A DNA stretch of 64,000 bases from contig CAVOMR010000002.1 in NCBI GenBank assembly GCA_963697085.1, forward strand, positions 464,442 to 528,441, in the 5' to 3' direction. Positions 53,597 to 63,896 of this stretch are shown in pieces. Within the stretch, counting starts at the first letter, position 1, and the number at the start of each line of letters is the position of its first letter. The translations under genes were made by a program, and so were the position numbers. Below the pieces are notes generated by a model. That model saw only the letters and a list, made by a program, of their open reading frames with translations. It made no database searches and was not told the origin of the DNA. Source of the stretch: Candidatus Dormiibacterota bacterium (lineage in GTDB: Bacteria; Chloroflexota; Dormibacteria; Aeolococcales; Aeolococcaceae).

Positions 53597-55252
53597 CTAC
53601 GCGGAGCCGACCCCGTCCATCACGTGGATGGGCTGGAAGATGTCCTCGGAGATCTCCTCACCGGAGGTCGTCAGATGCTCGAGGAACGTGGGCAGCACGC
53701 CGGTCGGCATGTACGAGCCGACGACCTTCCCTTCCTCGTCGACGCCCACCTGCTTGTACGTGAAGATGTCCTGGAGCTGCACCTCGTTGTTCGTGCAGCC
53801 GAGCACCTCGGTGATGCTCACGATCTTGCGTGTGCCGTCGCGAAGACGCGACTGCTGCACGACGACGTTGACCGCGGAGCCGATCTGCTCGCGAATCGCT
53901 CGCGAGGGCAGCTCCGCGCCGGCCATGAGGACGAGCGTTTCGAGACGGCTGATGCAGTCGTGGGCGTTGTTCGCATGGAGCGTCGTCAGCGACCCGTCGT
54001 GGCCGGTGTTCATCGCCTGGAGCATGTCCAGCGCCTCACCGCCACGACACTCTCCGACGACGATGCGGTCGGGCCGCATGCGCAGCGAGTTGATCACGAG
54101 GTCTCGGATCGACACGCGGCCACGACCTTCGACGTTTGCCGGTCGCGTTTCGAGCGTCACGACATGGTCCTGGCGGAGCTGGAGCTCGGCGGCGTCCTCG
54201 ATCGTGACGATGCGCTCATCCTCGGGGATGAAGCTGCTGAGGATGTTGAGCGTCGTCGTCTTCCCGGAGCCGGTGCCACCACTCACCACCACGTTGAGCT
54301 TGCCGCGCACGCACGCGCGCAGGAACCTGACCATGTCCTCGGTGATCGACCCGTACTTGACGAGATCCTCGATGGTCAGCGCTTCCTTGGCGAACTTCCG
54401 AATGGTCATGGTCGGCCCGCGCAGCGCGAGCGGAGGGATGATCACGTTGACACGGGATCCGTCCTTGAGCCGTGCATCGACCATCGGCGACAACTCGTCG
54501 ACACGTCGGCCGATGCTGCTGACGATCCGGTCGATCACCTGCATCAGCTGCTGATCGCTCTCGAATGTCACCGGGCTCAGGGTCAACTTGCCATGCTGCT
54601 CAACATAGATCTGCTTGTAGCTGTTGATCATGATTTCGGTGATGTCCTCGCTCGCGAGCAGCTCCTCGAGCGGGCCGAGTCCGAGCACATCGTTGGTGAG
54701 GATCTCGACGAGACGCAACCGGTCCGGCCTGCTCATCGTGATGTTCTGCTCGGTGATCACATCGTTGAGCAGCTCCGCGATGCGCTGTCGAACGGTCTCC
54801 GGCGGCACCGAGTCGGTGCCCTGCGCCAGCTCCTCGACGAGACGCTGATGCACCTTGGCGCGGAGCGCGACATGCGTGTTGGTGTGCCCGCCCATCTTGC
54901 TGAGCCCCGGACGGCTGAGACCGCTCGCGCCGCTCGAGCGGTTCAGGAGCGAGGGTGCACGCTGCGGTTCCGCGGCGGCGGGCCGCTCAGCCTCGAACGG
55001 CCGTGGAGCCGGCGCCGCGGGCCGCACCGGTGCTGGTGCGGGTGCAGGTGCCGGCGCGGGGGCGGGCTGCTGCTGCTGTGGCGGGGACGCCGGCCCGGGG
55101 CCCTGGCGTTGCTGCCAGCCAGCTGGACGGTACCGATCGTTCTCGACGTCCGGGGTACGCTCGGGCGACGGGGCCGGGCCCGCCGGAGCGGCTGGGGTGG
55201 AGGGCGCGGGACCTCCCTCTGCCTTGCGCTGAACTCGGTCGAGCAACGACAT
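53597..55252 (-). CDS. cpaF: CpaF/TadA-family pilus/secretion ATPase, full-length form with Pro/Ala-rich N-terminal region
   Basis: ...VVSGGTGSGKTTTLNILSSFIPEDERIVTIEDAAELQLRQDHVVTLETRPANVEGRGRVSIRDLVINSLRMRPDRIVVGECRGGEALDMLQAMNTGHDGSLTTLHANNAHD...; N-terminus QQQQPAPAPAPAPAPAPVRPAAPAP. Confidence 0.9.
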   Translation of the reverse strand: MSLLDRVQRKAEGGPAPSTPAAPAGPAPSPERTPDVENDRYRPAGWQQRQGPGPASPPQQQQPAPAPAPAPAPAPVRPAAPAPRPFEAERPAAAEPQRAPSLLNRSSGASGLSRPGLSKMGGHTNTHVALRAKVHQRLVEELAQGTDSVPPETVRQRIAELLNDVITEQNITMSRPDRLRLVEILTNDVLGLGPLEELLASEDITEIMINSYKQIYVEQHGKLTLSPVTFESDQQLMQVIDRIVSSIGRRVDELSPMVDARLKDGSRVNVIIPPLALRGPTMTIRKFAKEALTIEDLVKYGSITEDMVRFLRACVRGKLNVVVSGGTGSGKTTTLNILSSFIPEDERIVTIEDAAELQLRQDHVVTLETRPANVEGRGRVSIRDLVINSLRMRPDRIVVGECRGGEALDMLQAMNTGHDGSLTTLHANNAHDCISRLETLVLMAGAELPSRAIREQIGSAVNVVVQQSRLRDGTRKIVSITEVLGCTNNEVQLQDIFTYKQVGVDEEGKVVGSYMPTGVLPTFLEHLTTSGEEISEDIFQPIHVMDGVGSA

Positions 55253-55336
55253 GTGGGCTCAAACCACCTCATGTGATCGCGTTCGGATACCTGCCCGGAG
55301 GCTGGAATCAAGCATCCCCGGGATGCAGGGTCAGCG

Positions 55337-56383
55337 GTGCAACGATCCTGTCGAAGCAGAGTCCCAGGGGCTCTGAGGGGATTAGATAGGGGCCGGCCGG
55401 AAAGGGTCGGTCCTATTCAGTTGAGGAATATCCGTATGGAGTGTCGGCCGGAGCCGTCGGCGTGGGATGAGCTGCGGCGAACCGCGGACGCGGTGCGCGC
55501 AGAGCCGGCGGTCGCGATAGCGCCACGCCAGGGCATGCGCCTCCGTCACGCGTTACGCCCGTCGCTCACGAGCGCCGGGGTGCTCGCCGCGTGCGCGCTT
55601 GCCGCCCTCCACCTGGCCGGCACGACCAGGGTGGCCGACGCAAACTCCAGTGCCAACTCGTCGCTCTTCTCGTTCACGAACAGCGACCGGACGAGCAACG
55701 GGGTGCACGCGCTCACCTTCAGCGGCACGCTCGAGGCGATCGGCGAGAACGCGCGATACGACTGCAACGGGATCACCGTCGACGGCCGTTCCTACGACAT
55801 GATCCACCGCGATTACTTCGCGCACCCGATCCTGGGCTGCGGGCAGTACGTGTTCTCGATGATGCAGGCGTTCGGCATCCACTACCAGTCGGCCGGTGAG
55901 AACATCGGCTGGGTGAGCGGCAACCTGAGCACCGGCGCTGCCGCGAGCTACATCAACGGCGCGTTCATGGGCAGCCCCGACCACCGCTCCAACATCCTCG
56001 ACTCCCGCTACACGGAGATGGGCGTCGGGTCCGACGAGAGCGCCCCAGGGGTCGTCTGGACGGGCGTCTCCCCCGGCCAGACAGGCGTCTGGATGTTCAG
56101 CGAGGAGTTCGCCCAGGTGGGTTCCTCGTCGCCTCCCCCAAAGAGGACGCCGAAACCCGGGCCGTCGGGCGGCGGGCAGAACTCGCCGCATCCCGCAACG
56201 CCGGGCGTGCCTGCGGCAACGACCGCGCCAACTCCAGTTGCCACCGCCGTCCCAACCCCCACACCCTTCGCGTTCCCGGCCGGCAGCCTGCCGGAGAACC
56301 TCGCGGTTCCTCCCGTCGCCGAGTACGAGGGCCTCCTGCCCAACAGCATCGAATCCGTTCTCGAAGCATTCCTGACTCTCTAA
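55337..56383 (+). CDS. Secreted CAP/SCP/PR-1-like domain protein with Pro/Thr-rich C-terminal region
   Basis: Signal-like MRLRHALRPSLTSAGVLAACALAALHLAG; CAP core ...FAHPILGCGQYVFSMMQAFGIHYQSAGENIGW...GSPDHRSNILDSRYTEMGVG...; real start probably about 55532. Confidence 0.7.
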   Translation: MQRSCRSRVPGALRGLDRGRPERVGPIQLRNIRMECRPEPSAWDELRRTADAVRAEPAVAIAPRQGMRLRHALRPSLTSAGVLAACALAALHLAGTTRVADANSSANSSLFSFTNSDRTSNGVHALTFSGTLEAIGENARYDCNGITVDGRSYDMIHRDYFAHPILGCGQYVFSMMQAFGIHYQSAGENIGWVSGNLSTGAAASYINGAFMGSPDHRSNILDSRYTEMGVGSDESAPGVVWTGVSPGQTGVWMFSEEFAQVGSSSPPPKRTPKPGPSGGGQNSPHPATPGVPAATTAPTPVATAVPTPTPFAFPAGSLPENLAVPPVAEYEGLLPNSIESVLEAFLTL

Positions 56384-56396
56384 GAGGGCCCCAACC

Positions 56397-57227
56397 CTGA
56401 CTCAGCTCAGCACCGTCGCGCCGTCCACCGACGCTCCCGACGGCCGCATCGTCGTCGCCTCGGGTCTCCACAAGGTCTACCGGGTGAGCCGGCCGCCGCG
56501 TGAGGCCATCCGGGATGTCTCCCTGACCGTCGGCTCGGGGGACTTCGTTGCGATCATGGGACCGAGCGGCTGCGGGAAGAGCACGCTCCTGCACATCCTC
56601 GGCGGCCTCGAGCCACCGGACCAGGGGACGGTCGAGATCCAGGGGATCGACGTCTACGCGCTCGCCGACGAGCAGCGCTCGGCGTTCCGCCGCGATCACA
56701 TCGGCGTTGTCTTTCAGTTCTTCAACCTCCTGCCCACGCTCACCGCCGCGGAGAACGTAGCCCTGCCGCTTCGCCTCCGCAACGAGGCGCCGGCGAGGCA
56801 CGGGCAGAAGCTTTCCCGGCAGGCGATCCGCGATCGCGTCGACGCCCTCATGGCGCAGCTGAACCTCCATGGTCTTCAGGGGCACGGCCCCGAGGAGATC
56901 TCCGGAGGAGAGCAGCAGCGCGTGGCGCTGGCGCGCGCCCTCGCGGCCTCACCCTCGCTCCTGCTCGCCGACGAGCCCACCGGCAACCTCGACTGGACGA
57001 GCGGCCACGAGGTGATGGCGCTGCTCACCCGCCTCTGCCGTCAGGAGCACCAGACCGCCGTGCTCGTGACCCACGACGCACGCGTCGCCGCGTACGCCGA
57101 CCGCGTCCTCATCATGCGCGACGGTGCGGTGATCGACGACGTCACCCTGAGCCACGACGGCCGGGCGCCGGATGCCATCCCCGATCCGGGAGTGCTCGTC
57201 GCCAGGCTGGCCAAGCTCGACCTGTGA
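56397..57227 (+). CDS. ABC transporter ATP-binding protein (MacB/LolD/FtsE-like)
   Basis: ...[56 protein letters not shown]...[32 protein letters not shown]...VLVTHD; track ORF starts at GTG 56484 but homology extends upstream in frame (start codon unclear). Confidence 0.85.
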   Translation: MTQLSTVAPSTDAPDGRIVVASGLHKVYRVSRPPREAIRDVSLTVGSGDFVAIMGPSGCGKSTLLHILGGLEPPDQGTVEIQGIDVYALADEQRSAFRRDHIGVVFQFFNLLPTLTAAENVALPLRLRNEAPARHGQKLSRQAIRDRVDALMAQLNLHGLQGHGPEEISGGEQQRVALARALAASPSLLLADEPTGNLDWTSGHEVMALLTRLCRQEHQTAVLVTHDARVAAYADRVLIMRDGAVIDDVTLSHDGRAPDAIPDPGVLVARLAKLDL

Positions 57228-59711
57228 GCGGGATCTGGCTGCTGGCGGTCCGGGCCGTCCGCGCGCGGCCGCTCCGCAACGCGCTCACCGCCACGGCGGT
57301 CGCGATCGGCATCGCGGTGGTGCTCGCCGTGCAGATCGCGATCCAGGGGCTCACCGTCCAGGCGCAGGAGGCGCAGGCGCAGCTGGCAGGCGCCTCCTCC
57401 CTCGACGTCCGAGTCGATGCCGGGTCGGGCCTGACCCCTGCGGACGTCACCACCCTCGCGGAGCTCCCCGGCGTGGTCCAGGCGATCCCGTTGCACGAGA
57501 AGCAGGTCGCGGCCGGTCCTGCCGGCGGCACCCTCGAGGGTGATGCGGTCACGCTGGTCGGCCTCCAGGACTCGACCGCGGCCCTGCGGAGCGTCGCAGT
57601 GGTCGAAGGAAGGCTCCCCCTTCCGGGCAACACCACCGAGGTCGCGATCGACCAGGGGCTCAGCTCGTCGCTGACCGGTGGGGCCGCCGCGATCCAGATC
57701 GGCCAGAAGATCCAGATGATCACCGCCACCGGTCCCGACGTCTTCACGGTCGTCGGATTCACGGCGGGGACGAGCGGTGGTCCGTCCTTCACCCGCAACG
57801 CCGTGTTCATCGACGACGCGGCGATGACCGGCACGTTCTCGCTGGGGCTCCGCACCCCGCTGGCGGCGCTTCGCTTCGGCCCGGGCGCGACGGTCGCTGA
57901 GGTGTCCAGCGAGGTCCATGCGAAGCTCGGTGCGAGCGTCACCACGTACGACCCGCGCGCCGGCTCGAGCTCTCCGTTGCAGGACCTCGAGCCCCTCCTC
58001 CTGCTCGTCACGGTCCTGAGCCTCATCGTCGGCGCGGGCGTGACCGCCAACAGCGCCGCCCTCGCGGCGTTCGAGCGCCGCCGCGAGATCGGTCTGCTGC
58101 GCGCCGCCGGTGCGTCGTCGCGTCAGGTCTTCCGGCTCTTCGCGGCCGAGGTGGGAGTGGTGGCCCTCGCCGGCGTCCCCATCGGGATTCTCGGGGGCTT
58201 CGCGCTCGGCGCGATCTTCCAGGCGAGCATCGCCCCGGGAGACCTTGCCGCGCCGTCGCTGATGCCGAGCGCTCTCCAGGTGCTCGCGGCAGTCGTCGCG
58301 GGGCTCGGCGCTGCGCTGGCCGGGGGTCTCCTGCCGCTCTTCGCCGCGGCGCGACTGCCCATCCTCGACGCGTTGCGACCCCATCCGATCAGTGACCACC
58401 AGCGGTCGGGGCCACTCGTGATGGTCGCCGCCCCGGCGCTGTTGATCATCGCCGCGTTCTGCTTCATCAGCACCGACAGCGGCGTCGTGGCGCTCGGCGT
58501 GGTGTCGTTCCTGCTCGGGGTGGTCATGGCCCTCCCGGTGGTCGCGCCGCTCATCATCGGCCTGATGGCGAAGGCCCTGTCCCCCTTCGTCGCCGGCGCG
58601 GAGCCGGGGGCGGCTCACCTCGCGCGCGCCAGGAACCGGACGGCGATGACCGCGGCGGGGCTGGCCGTGAGCGTCGCCACCGCTGTCGGTGTCAGCGCCC
58701 TGAGCGCGGGGGCCCTGACGGCGAGCGACAGCTGGATCTCGCACCTGTTCGCGGGCAACGTGTTGATCACCAGCCCGGTGACCCAGGAGGACCAGGTGGC
58801 CTCGGCGATCCAGAGCAGCCCAGGTGTTGCCCGGGCCACACCCCTTCGCCTCCTCTCGGAAACCGTCGCCGGAGCCTCCGAGGGCGTCGCGGCCATCGAC
58901 CCCGCGGCATACGCGTCGCTGGGCGGCTTTGACTTCGTCACACCCAGCCGCGCGACAGCGCTCGCCGAGCTGGAGGACGGGCCGAGCTTCATCGAGCCCG
59001 CCGGGCTCGCCGCCGCGACCGGGTGGACCGTCGGCTCCCAGGTGCCGGTGGAGACCCAGAAGGGCATCGTGTACTTCACGATCGTCGGCGTCGTGAGCCA
59101 CTCCTTCCCTGCCGGCGACGGCAGCGAGAGCCTCGTGATGGCGGATGACCTGGCCCGCACGTACTTCGGACTCGCGGCGGACGGGTTTGACGATCTGGTG
59201 GTGACCACGCAGGGATCCGACTCGACGGTCGTGGCGACTGCCGCCACCTACGGGATGCAGGCGGTGCCCGTCGCCGTCATCGCCGCCGACGCGCGCGACG
59301 CCGTCGGGCACTCGATCGGTTTGGTGCTCGCAGTCGCGGTCATCGCCGTCGTCATCGCGATGCTCGCCGTGGTGAACACCCTGCTCGTGAACGTGCGGCA
59401 GGGAACGCGTGAGCTCGCCCTGCTCCGCGCGGTCGGACTCGGCAGCCGGCAGGCGATGCGTCGGGTCCTCACCGAGTTCGGGTCTTCTGGCCGCAACGGC
59501 CACGCTGATCGGCGTCGGCGCCGGCTGCATCATGGCGCTGCCGATGCTGCGCGCCAGCACCACCCCCGCCTTCATCCCCGGGTTCGTGTTCCCGATCGAG
59601 ACCGTGGTCGTCCTTATCACGGTCGTGGTCCTCGGCGCCGTTGTCGCCACCATCGGTCCAGCTCGCAGAGCCGTGCGAACCTCAGTGCTCAGCGCGCTGC
59701 GACACGAGTAG
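57224..59711 (+). CDS. ABC transporter permease with two FtsX domains (MacB/DevC-like); frameshift near 59480
   Basis: N-terminal TM + periplasmic domain + FtsX (LLLVTVLSLIVGAGVTANSAALAAFERRREIGLLRAAGASSRQVFRLF...); second FtsX ends ...VLAVAVIAVVIAMLAVVNTLLVNVRQGTRELALLRAVGLGSRQAMRRVLTEFG, joining LLAATATLIGVGAGCIMALPML...LSALRHE* in ORF 59409..59711; GTGA overlap with upstream ATPase. Confidence 0.8.
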
Positions 59712-59717
59712 CCCGCG

Positions 59718-60329
59718 GTGCGCCCCGTCGGCGGGTGGGGGCTTGCCGTGCTTGCGCTCGTTGTCGCGATCTCCGGGTGCGGCAACGCCGACTCGGGCCT
59801 TGCCACCGGCGATCCTCTCCACTACCTGATCACGATCGACCAGCTGACCGTGTCCGACTTCAGCGTGTTCAGCGCAGCGAAACACGTCGACGCCGCAACG
59901 CTCGCAGGCGGTGACGCGACCATCGGAGCGGCATTGACCAAGGACGGCCTGCAGGCGGCAGCGAGCGTCGAGTACCAGCGCGCAGTCGACTTCTCCACCT
60001 CCAACGGACCGCTCGACATCGTCGCCACGATCGCGCGTTTCGCGACCGTCGCCGGCGCAACGAGCGCGTTCAACACCGGCGTCGGTCAGCTCGGTGCCGT
60101 GCCCGGCGCGGTCGCCGCGTCAACCGGACCGCTCGGCGACGAGGCCCATTCCATCAGCGTCGTCAAGCCGACGCCGGGCGGAATCTCGGCGGTCGAGATC
60201 ACCGTCGAATGGCGGGTCGGCAACCTGCTCAACATCATCGTCGCCCGCGGCCGGTACGGCGGGACGCGTCTCGATGACGCCCTGGTGCTGGCCGGCGTGC
60301 AGACCCAGAACGAGCCCGGATCCGGCTGA
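59718..60329 (+). CDS. Lipoprotein, possibly accessory to the MacB/FtsX-type exporter
   Basis: VRPVGGWGLAVLALVVAISGCGNADSG (lipobox ISGC) then soluble domain. Confidence 0.55.
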   Translation: MRPVGGWGLAVLALVVAISGCGNADSGLATGDPLHYLITIDQLTVSDFSVFSAAKHVDAATLAGGDATIGAALTKDGLQAAASVEYQRAVDFSTSNGPLDIVATIARFATVAGATSAFNTGVGQLGAVPGAVAASTGPLGDEAHSISVVKPTPGGISAVEITVEWRVGNLLNIIVARGRYGGTRLDDALVLAGVQTQNEPGSG

Positions 60330-60335
60330 CGCCGC

Positions 60336-61109
60336 TCAGCTCTTGCGCGGCTCCCAGCGAAAGCGCAACGCGGCGAGGATCACCGCGCCGGCGCCCCACG
60401 CGGCCATGATCAGCAGATCGGTGCCGTTGAAACCGGTGCTCGACTGATGCCCGGGGTCGAACGCGGTGAACATCCCATCGATGAAGTGACGCACCGGGAA
60501 CCACTCGGCGATCTGCGCGAGGATCGATGACGAGGGAACGGGGAAGAACGTTCCGGAGATGAACACGATCGGCAGGAACACCCCGTTGACGATCGCCGGC
60601 GCCGCTTCCGCATTGGGAATCGCGATCGTCATCGCCATGCCGAGTGCGCAGAACGACAATGCGCCGACGCCGATCGTCGCCGCAGCCGCGCCGATGTGCA
60701 GGGGCACGTCGATGCCGTAGACGACGATGCCGAATCCGGTGGTCAGCAGCGCGAGAACGATGCTGACGATGATCGACGAGCCGACGACGCCAGTGATGAA
60801 CGCCCACGGTGGAAGCGGGGTGCCGCGCAGCCGCTTCAGGATGCCGTTGTCCCGTCGCAGTGACAGTCCGATCGAGATGTTCGTGAAGCACGCACCCATC
60901 ACTCCGAACGCCACCAGCGCCGGGATGTAGTAGTTGTCATACGTCGTGCTGACCGTGGCGATCTGGACGTGCTGACCCTTGAACAGCGTGGCGAACACCA
61001 CCAGGAAGATGATCGGGAACAGGAACGCGAAGAACGCGCTTGCGGGGTTGCGCCAGAACGATTTCTGCTCGAAGACGACCTGGCGTGCCGCGATGCCGCT
61101 GCTACTCAT
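60336..61109 (-). CDS. ABC-2 type transporter permease (6 TM)
   Basis: ...FWRNPASAFFAFLFPIIFLVVFATLF...IPALVAFGVMGACFTNISIGLSLRRDNGILKRLRGTPLPPWAFITGVVGSSIIVSIVLALL... Confidence 0.8.
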   Translation of the reverse strand: MSSSGIAARQVVFEQKSFWRNPASAFFAFLFPIIFLVVFATLFKGQHVQIATVSTTYDNYYIPALVAFGVMGACFTNISIGLSLRRDNGILKRLRGTPLPPWAFITGVVGSSIIVSIVLALLTTGFGIVVYGIDVPLHIGAAAATIGVGALSFCALGMAMTIAIPNAEAAPAIVNGVFLPIVFISGTFFPVPSSSILAQIAEWFPVRHFIDGMFTAFDPGHQSSTGFNGTDLLIMAAWGAGAVILAALRFRWEPRKS

Positions 61110-62106
61110 TCTTGGTCAACTCCAGGTACACGTCTTCGAGTGACGGTCGGGCGACCTCGAGGTTCTCGAGCTCGAGTCCGTGTGCAACCGCCCACGTGGT
61201 CAGATCGTTGAGAGTCCGCGTCGGAGTCTTCGTCTCGATGATCGCCGTGCCCTCCGTCAGGCGCACCTGGAGCGGCAGTGCCGCAACGTCGACGCCGCTC
61301 GGCAGCTCGAAGCGGATGTGGGTCAGCTGGTCGGTGCCGGCGCGGAGCGTCTCCGGTCTGCCCTGGGCGACCACCTGACCGGCTGCGATGACGCAGATGC
61401 GATCGGCGAGATACTGCGCCTCATCCATGTAGTGCGTCGTCAGCACGATCGTCTTGCCGAGGGTCCGCATGTTGCGCACGACCTCCCAGGCAGCTCGCCG
61501 AGCGGACGGGTCGAAGCCCGTGGTCGGCTCGTCGAGGAAGATGAGCTCCGGGTCGCCGACCAGGCCGAGTGCGACGTCGAGACGGCGCTGCTGGCCACCG
61601 GACAGCTTGCGGACCCGCTCCCCCGCTTTCTCGGTCAGCCCGACCAGTTCGATGATCTCGGCGGCCGGACGGGGTGACGGATAGTAGCCGCGATAGAGCT
61701 CGACGAGCTCGGTGACCGAGAGCATCGGAGGGACGGCCGCCTCCTGGAGCACGAGACCCACACGCTCCCGGAGCTTCCTCCCACCGCCGTGCGGATCGAT
61801 CCCGAGGACCGTGACGTGACCGGCGTCGCGAGTCCTGTAGCCCTCGAGAATCTCGATGGTCGTGGTCTTGCCTGCACCGTTGGGCCCGAGGAGTCCGAAG
61901 ACCTCTCCCTCCTGCACCGTGAAGGAGATCCCGCGCACGGCTTCGACGGCGCCGTACGACTTGCGCAGGCCCTCCACGACGATGGCTGTCACTGGAACTG
62001 ACTCCCCTGTATGACGAGCGGTCACAGATTCGTTGCGCCATGGTGCCAGAGACTGGCGTCGGCGCCGACCACAATTGGCCGCAGCGCATGACCATGACCA
62101 CAACAA
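61102..62106 (-). CDS. ABC transporter ATP-binding protein (ABC-2/DrrA-like), partner of the 60336..61109 permease
   Basis: VTAIVVEGLRKSYGAVEAVRGISFTVQEGEVFGLLGPNGAGKTTTIEILEGY...LSGGQQRRLDVALGLVGDPELIFLDEPTTGFDP...VLTTHYMDEAQYLADRICVIAAG; real start probably the GTG near 61995. Confidence 0.85.
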   Translation of the reverse strand: MLWSWSCAAANCGRRRRQSLAPWRNESVTARHTGESVPVTAIVVEGLRKSYGAVEAVRGISFTVQEGEVFGLLGPNGAGKTTTIEILEGYRTRDAGHVTVLGIDPHGGGRKLRERVGLVLQEAAVPPMLSVTELVELYRGYYPSPRPAAEIIELVGLTEKAGERVRKLSGGQQRRLDVALGLVGDPELIFLDEPTTGFDPSARRAAWEVVRNMRTLGKTIVLTTHYMDEAQYLADRICVIAAGQVVAQGRPETLRAGTDQLTHIRFELPSGVDVAALPLQVRLTEGTAIIETKTPTRTLNDLTTWAVAHGLELENLEVARPSLEDVYLELTKNE

Positions 62107-63692
62107 ACGTGGAGATCCTGCGCCAGGGCTGGCTCGATGCTGCCTCCGCCCTGGCGCCTGGCCTCGAGAACCTTCCCGAATCTCTTGAGAACGGCCTCGA
62201 CGCAGCCGTCGTCGACGAACGCCTGGACGAGCAGTCGCTGCTCAGGGTCGTCACCGACGTCACGTCGGCGGCCGCCAACTCGCTGCCCGCCGAGGAGCTG
62301 TACTTCCTGACCAGGCGCCTCCAGCGCGCCGTGTATGAGTACCTGCTGTCGCTCGACGCGCTCCCCGAGCCTCCGCTCCGGCGGGACACCAACGGTCATG
62401 GGCCTGCCGACACCACGCTGATCGGCGCGGAGGAGGTCGCGGCGCTCGGCCGCAACGGCGCCACCAAGACCAAGGCCGACCCCAACCATGTGCTCCAGAC
62501 CGTCGCCCGGCCCGAGCCCAAGCCCGAACCGCACCACGAAGCCGAGCCGCAGCCGGAGCTGAAGGCCGCTCCGAGCCCGGAGGACATGGAGGCGGGGCTC
62601 GCCGAGCTCGACGCCCAGCTCACCCCGGACGACTCCTTCTATGAGACCGAGGCGGCCGAGGTCGAGGCCGAAGCGGCCACGGCGACCGAGGCGGCGCCCG
62701 CGGAGCCTGTCGCCGAGAAGGATCCGGCGCCGGTCGAACCCAAGGCGACGCGTCCCGCGTTCACCCTCTTCCGCCGCACGGGCGCCAAGGCAACGCAACC
62801 CGCGCCCGAGTCCAACGGCCACGCGACCGTCGACGCGGAGGCATCCCCTTCGCCGGAGCCGGTCGCGGAGTCAAACGGCCATGCCACGGCGGCCACAGAG
62901 GAACCCGTGGCGACCGACGCCGACGCGCCAGAGGCCGTGGTCGAGCCGGACGGCGAGGAGTCCTTCGTCGCGCCGCGCGACGGCTTCCATCTCAGCGATC
63001 TCGCCGACTTTGCAGTCGTGCAACGGGCGCCGGCGCCGGCCACTCCGGTGGAAGCCGCCGTCGAGGAGCTGGTCGCGACCGTCGCCGAGGACGAGCCGGC
63101 GCAACCCGAGGCCGTCGCGGATGCCCAGACGGCACCCGCCGCACAGGAGGGACCGAGTGGCGCTGCGGCGCGTGGATGGAGGCTTCGTGATGACGAGGTC
63201 GACCAACAGGACGCAGCGTCCGACCGGTCTGCCGAGGACGATCGATTCGAGACGGACCCCGAGGTCGTCGAGGCGCGCCTCGAGATCAATGACCGGCTCC
63301 GGCGCCGGCGCTGCGACGAGGCAGCGGCACTGCTCCAGCGCCTTGCCAACGACGTCGGGGGCCGCGCGCTCGCCGAGCTCGCACTCGACGCCGGCGACCG
63401 CTGCCGTGCACTCGGCAAGGGCAACGCCGCGTTGAGCTGCTACCTGGCCGCATCCCGCGCGGACCCGGTGCACGAGACGCCACTGCTTCGTCTCGCGGAC
63501 ATTTGCATCGACGATCACGACATCGACCTTGCAGTCTCCTACCTCGAGCGCGTCACGCGACTGCGCCGTCTGCGCAATGACGACAAGGGCGCATTGAAGC
63601 TGTACCGGAAGATCGTGACGATCGCGCCGTACCGCGACGACATCCTCGCGATGTTGATGCGCGCGCAGGCCAACGGTCGCTTCGACGAATAG
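62040..63692 (+). CDS. Hypothetical protein: structured N-terminal domain, long acidic/Pro-rich disordered middle with ESNGHAT repeats, C-terminal TPR-like helical domain
   Basis: MTMTTTNVEILRQGWLDAASALAPGLENLPESLE...; ...PAPESNGHATVDAEASPSPEPVAESNGHATAATEEPVA...; C-terminus ...LLRLADICIDDHDIDLAVSYLERVTRLRRLRNDDKGALKLYRKIVTIAPYRDDILAMLMRAQANGRFDE. Confidence 0.5.
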   Translation: MVPETGVGADHNWPQRMTMTTTNVEILRQGWLDAASALAPGLENLPESLENGLDAAVVDERLDEQSLLRVVTDVTSAAANSLPAEELYFLTRRLQRAVYEYLLSLDALPEPPLRRDTNGHGPADTTLIGAEEVAALGRNGATKTKADPNHVLQTVARPEPKPEPHHEAEPQPELKAAPSPEDMEAGLAELDAQLTPDDSFYETEAAEVEAEAATATEAAPAEPVAEKDPAPVEPKATRPAFTLFRRTGAKATQPAPESNGHATVDAEASPSPEPVAESNGHATAATEEPVATDADAPEAVVEPDGEESFVAPRDGFHLSDLADFAVVQRAPAPATPVEAAVEELVATVAEDEPAQPEAVADAQTAPAAQEGPSGAAARGWRLRDDEVDQQDAASDRSAEDDRFETDPEVVEARLEINDRLRRRRCDEAAALLQRLANDVGGRALAELALDAGDRCRALGKGNAALSCYLAASRADPVHETPLLRLADICIDDHDIDLAVSYLERVTRLRRLRNDDKGALKLYRKIVTIAPYRDDILAMLMRAQANGRFDE

Positions 63693-63896
63693 CGCGCGCA
63701 TGTCCATCTCCGGTGACACGTTGCGTGTGCAAGCTCGTCCGCTGTGCGATGCGTTTGTTACCGAAAGGCGATGAACCGCAGGGCAGATTCGCTCCACACT
63801 CGATTGCGGCCGTCATCCGGTACAGAACGCTGTGCTGGGCGAGCGCAGCCGTAACGGCGTAAACCGACACAAATTGAGACAACCGAGGAGAACAGG

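Noticed and set aside
53276-55276. 666-aa plus-strand ORF
   Set aside because: Antisense to cpaF.
57041-59806. 921-aa minus-strand ORF
   Set aside because: Antisense to the FtsX permease gene, which has clear domain homology.
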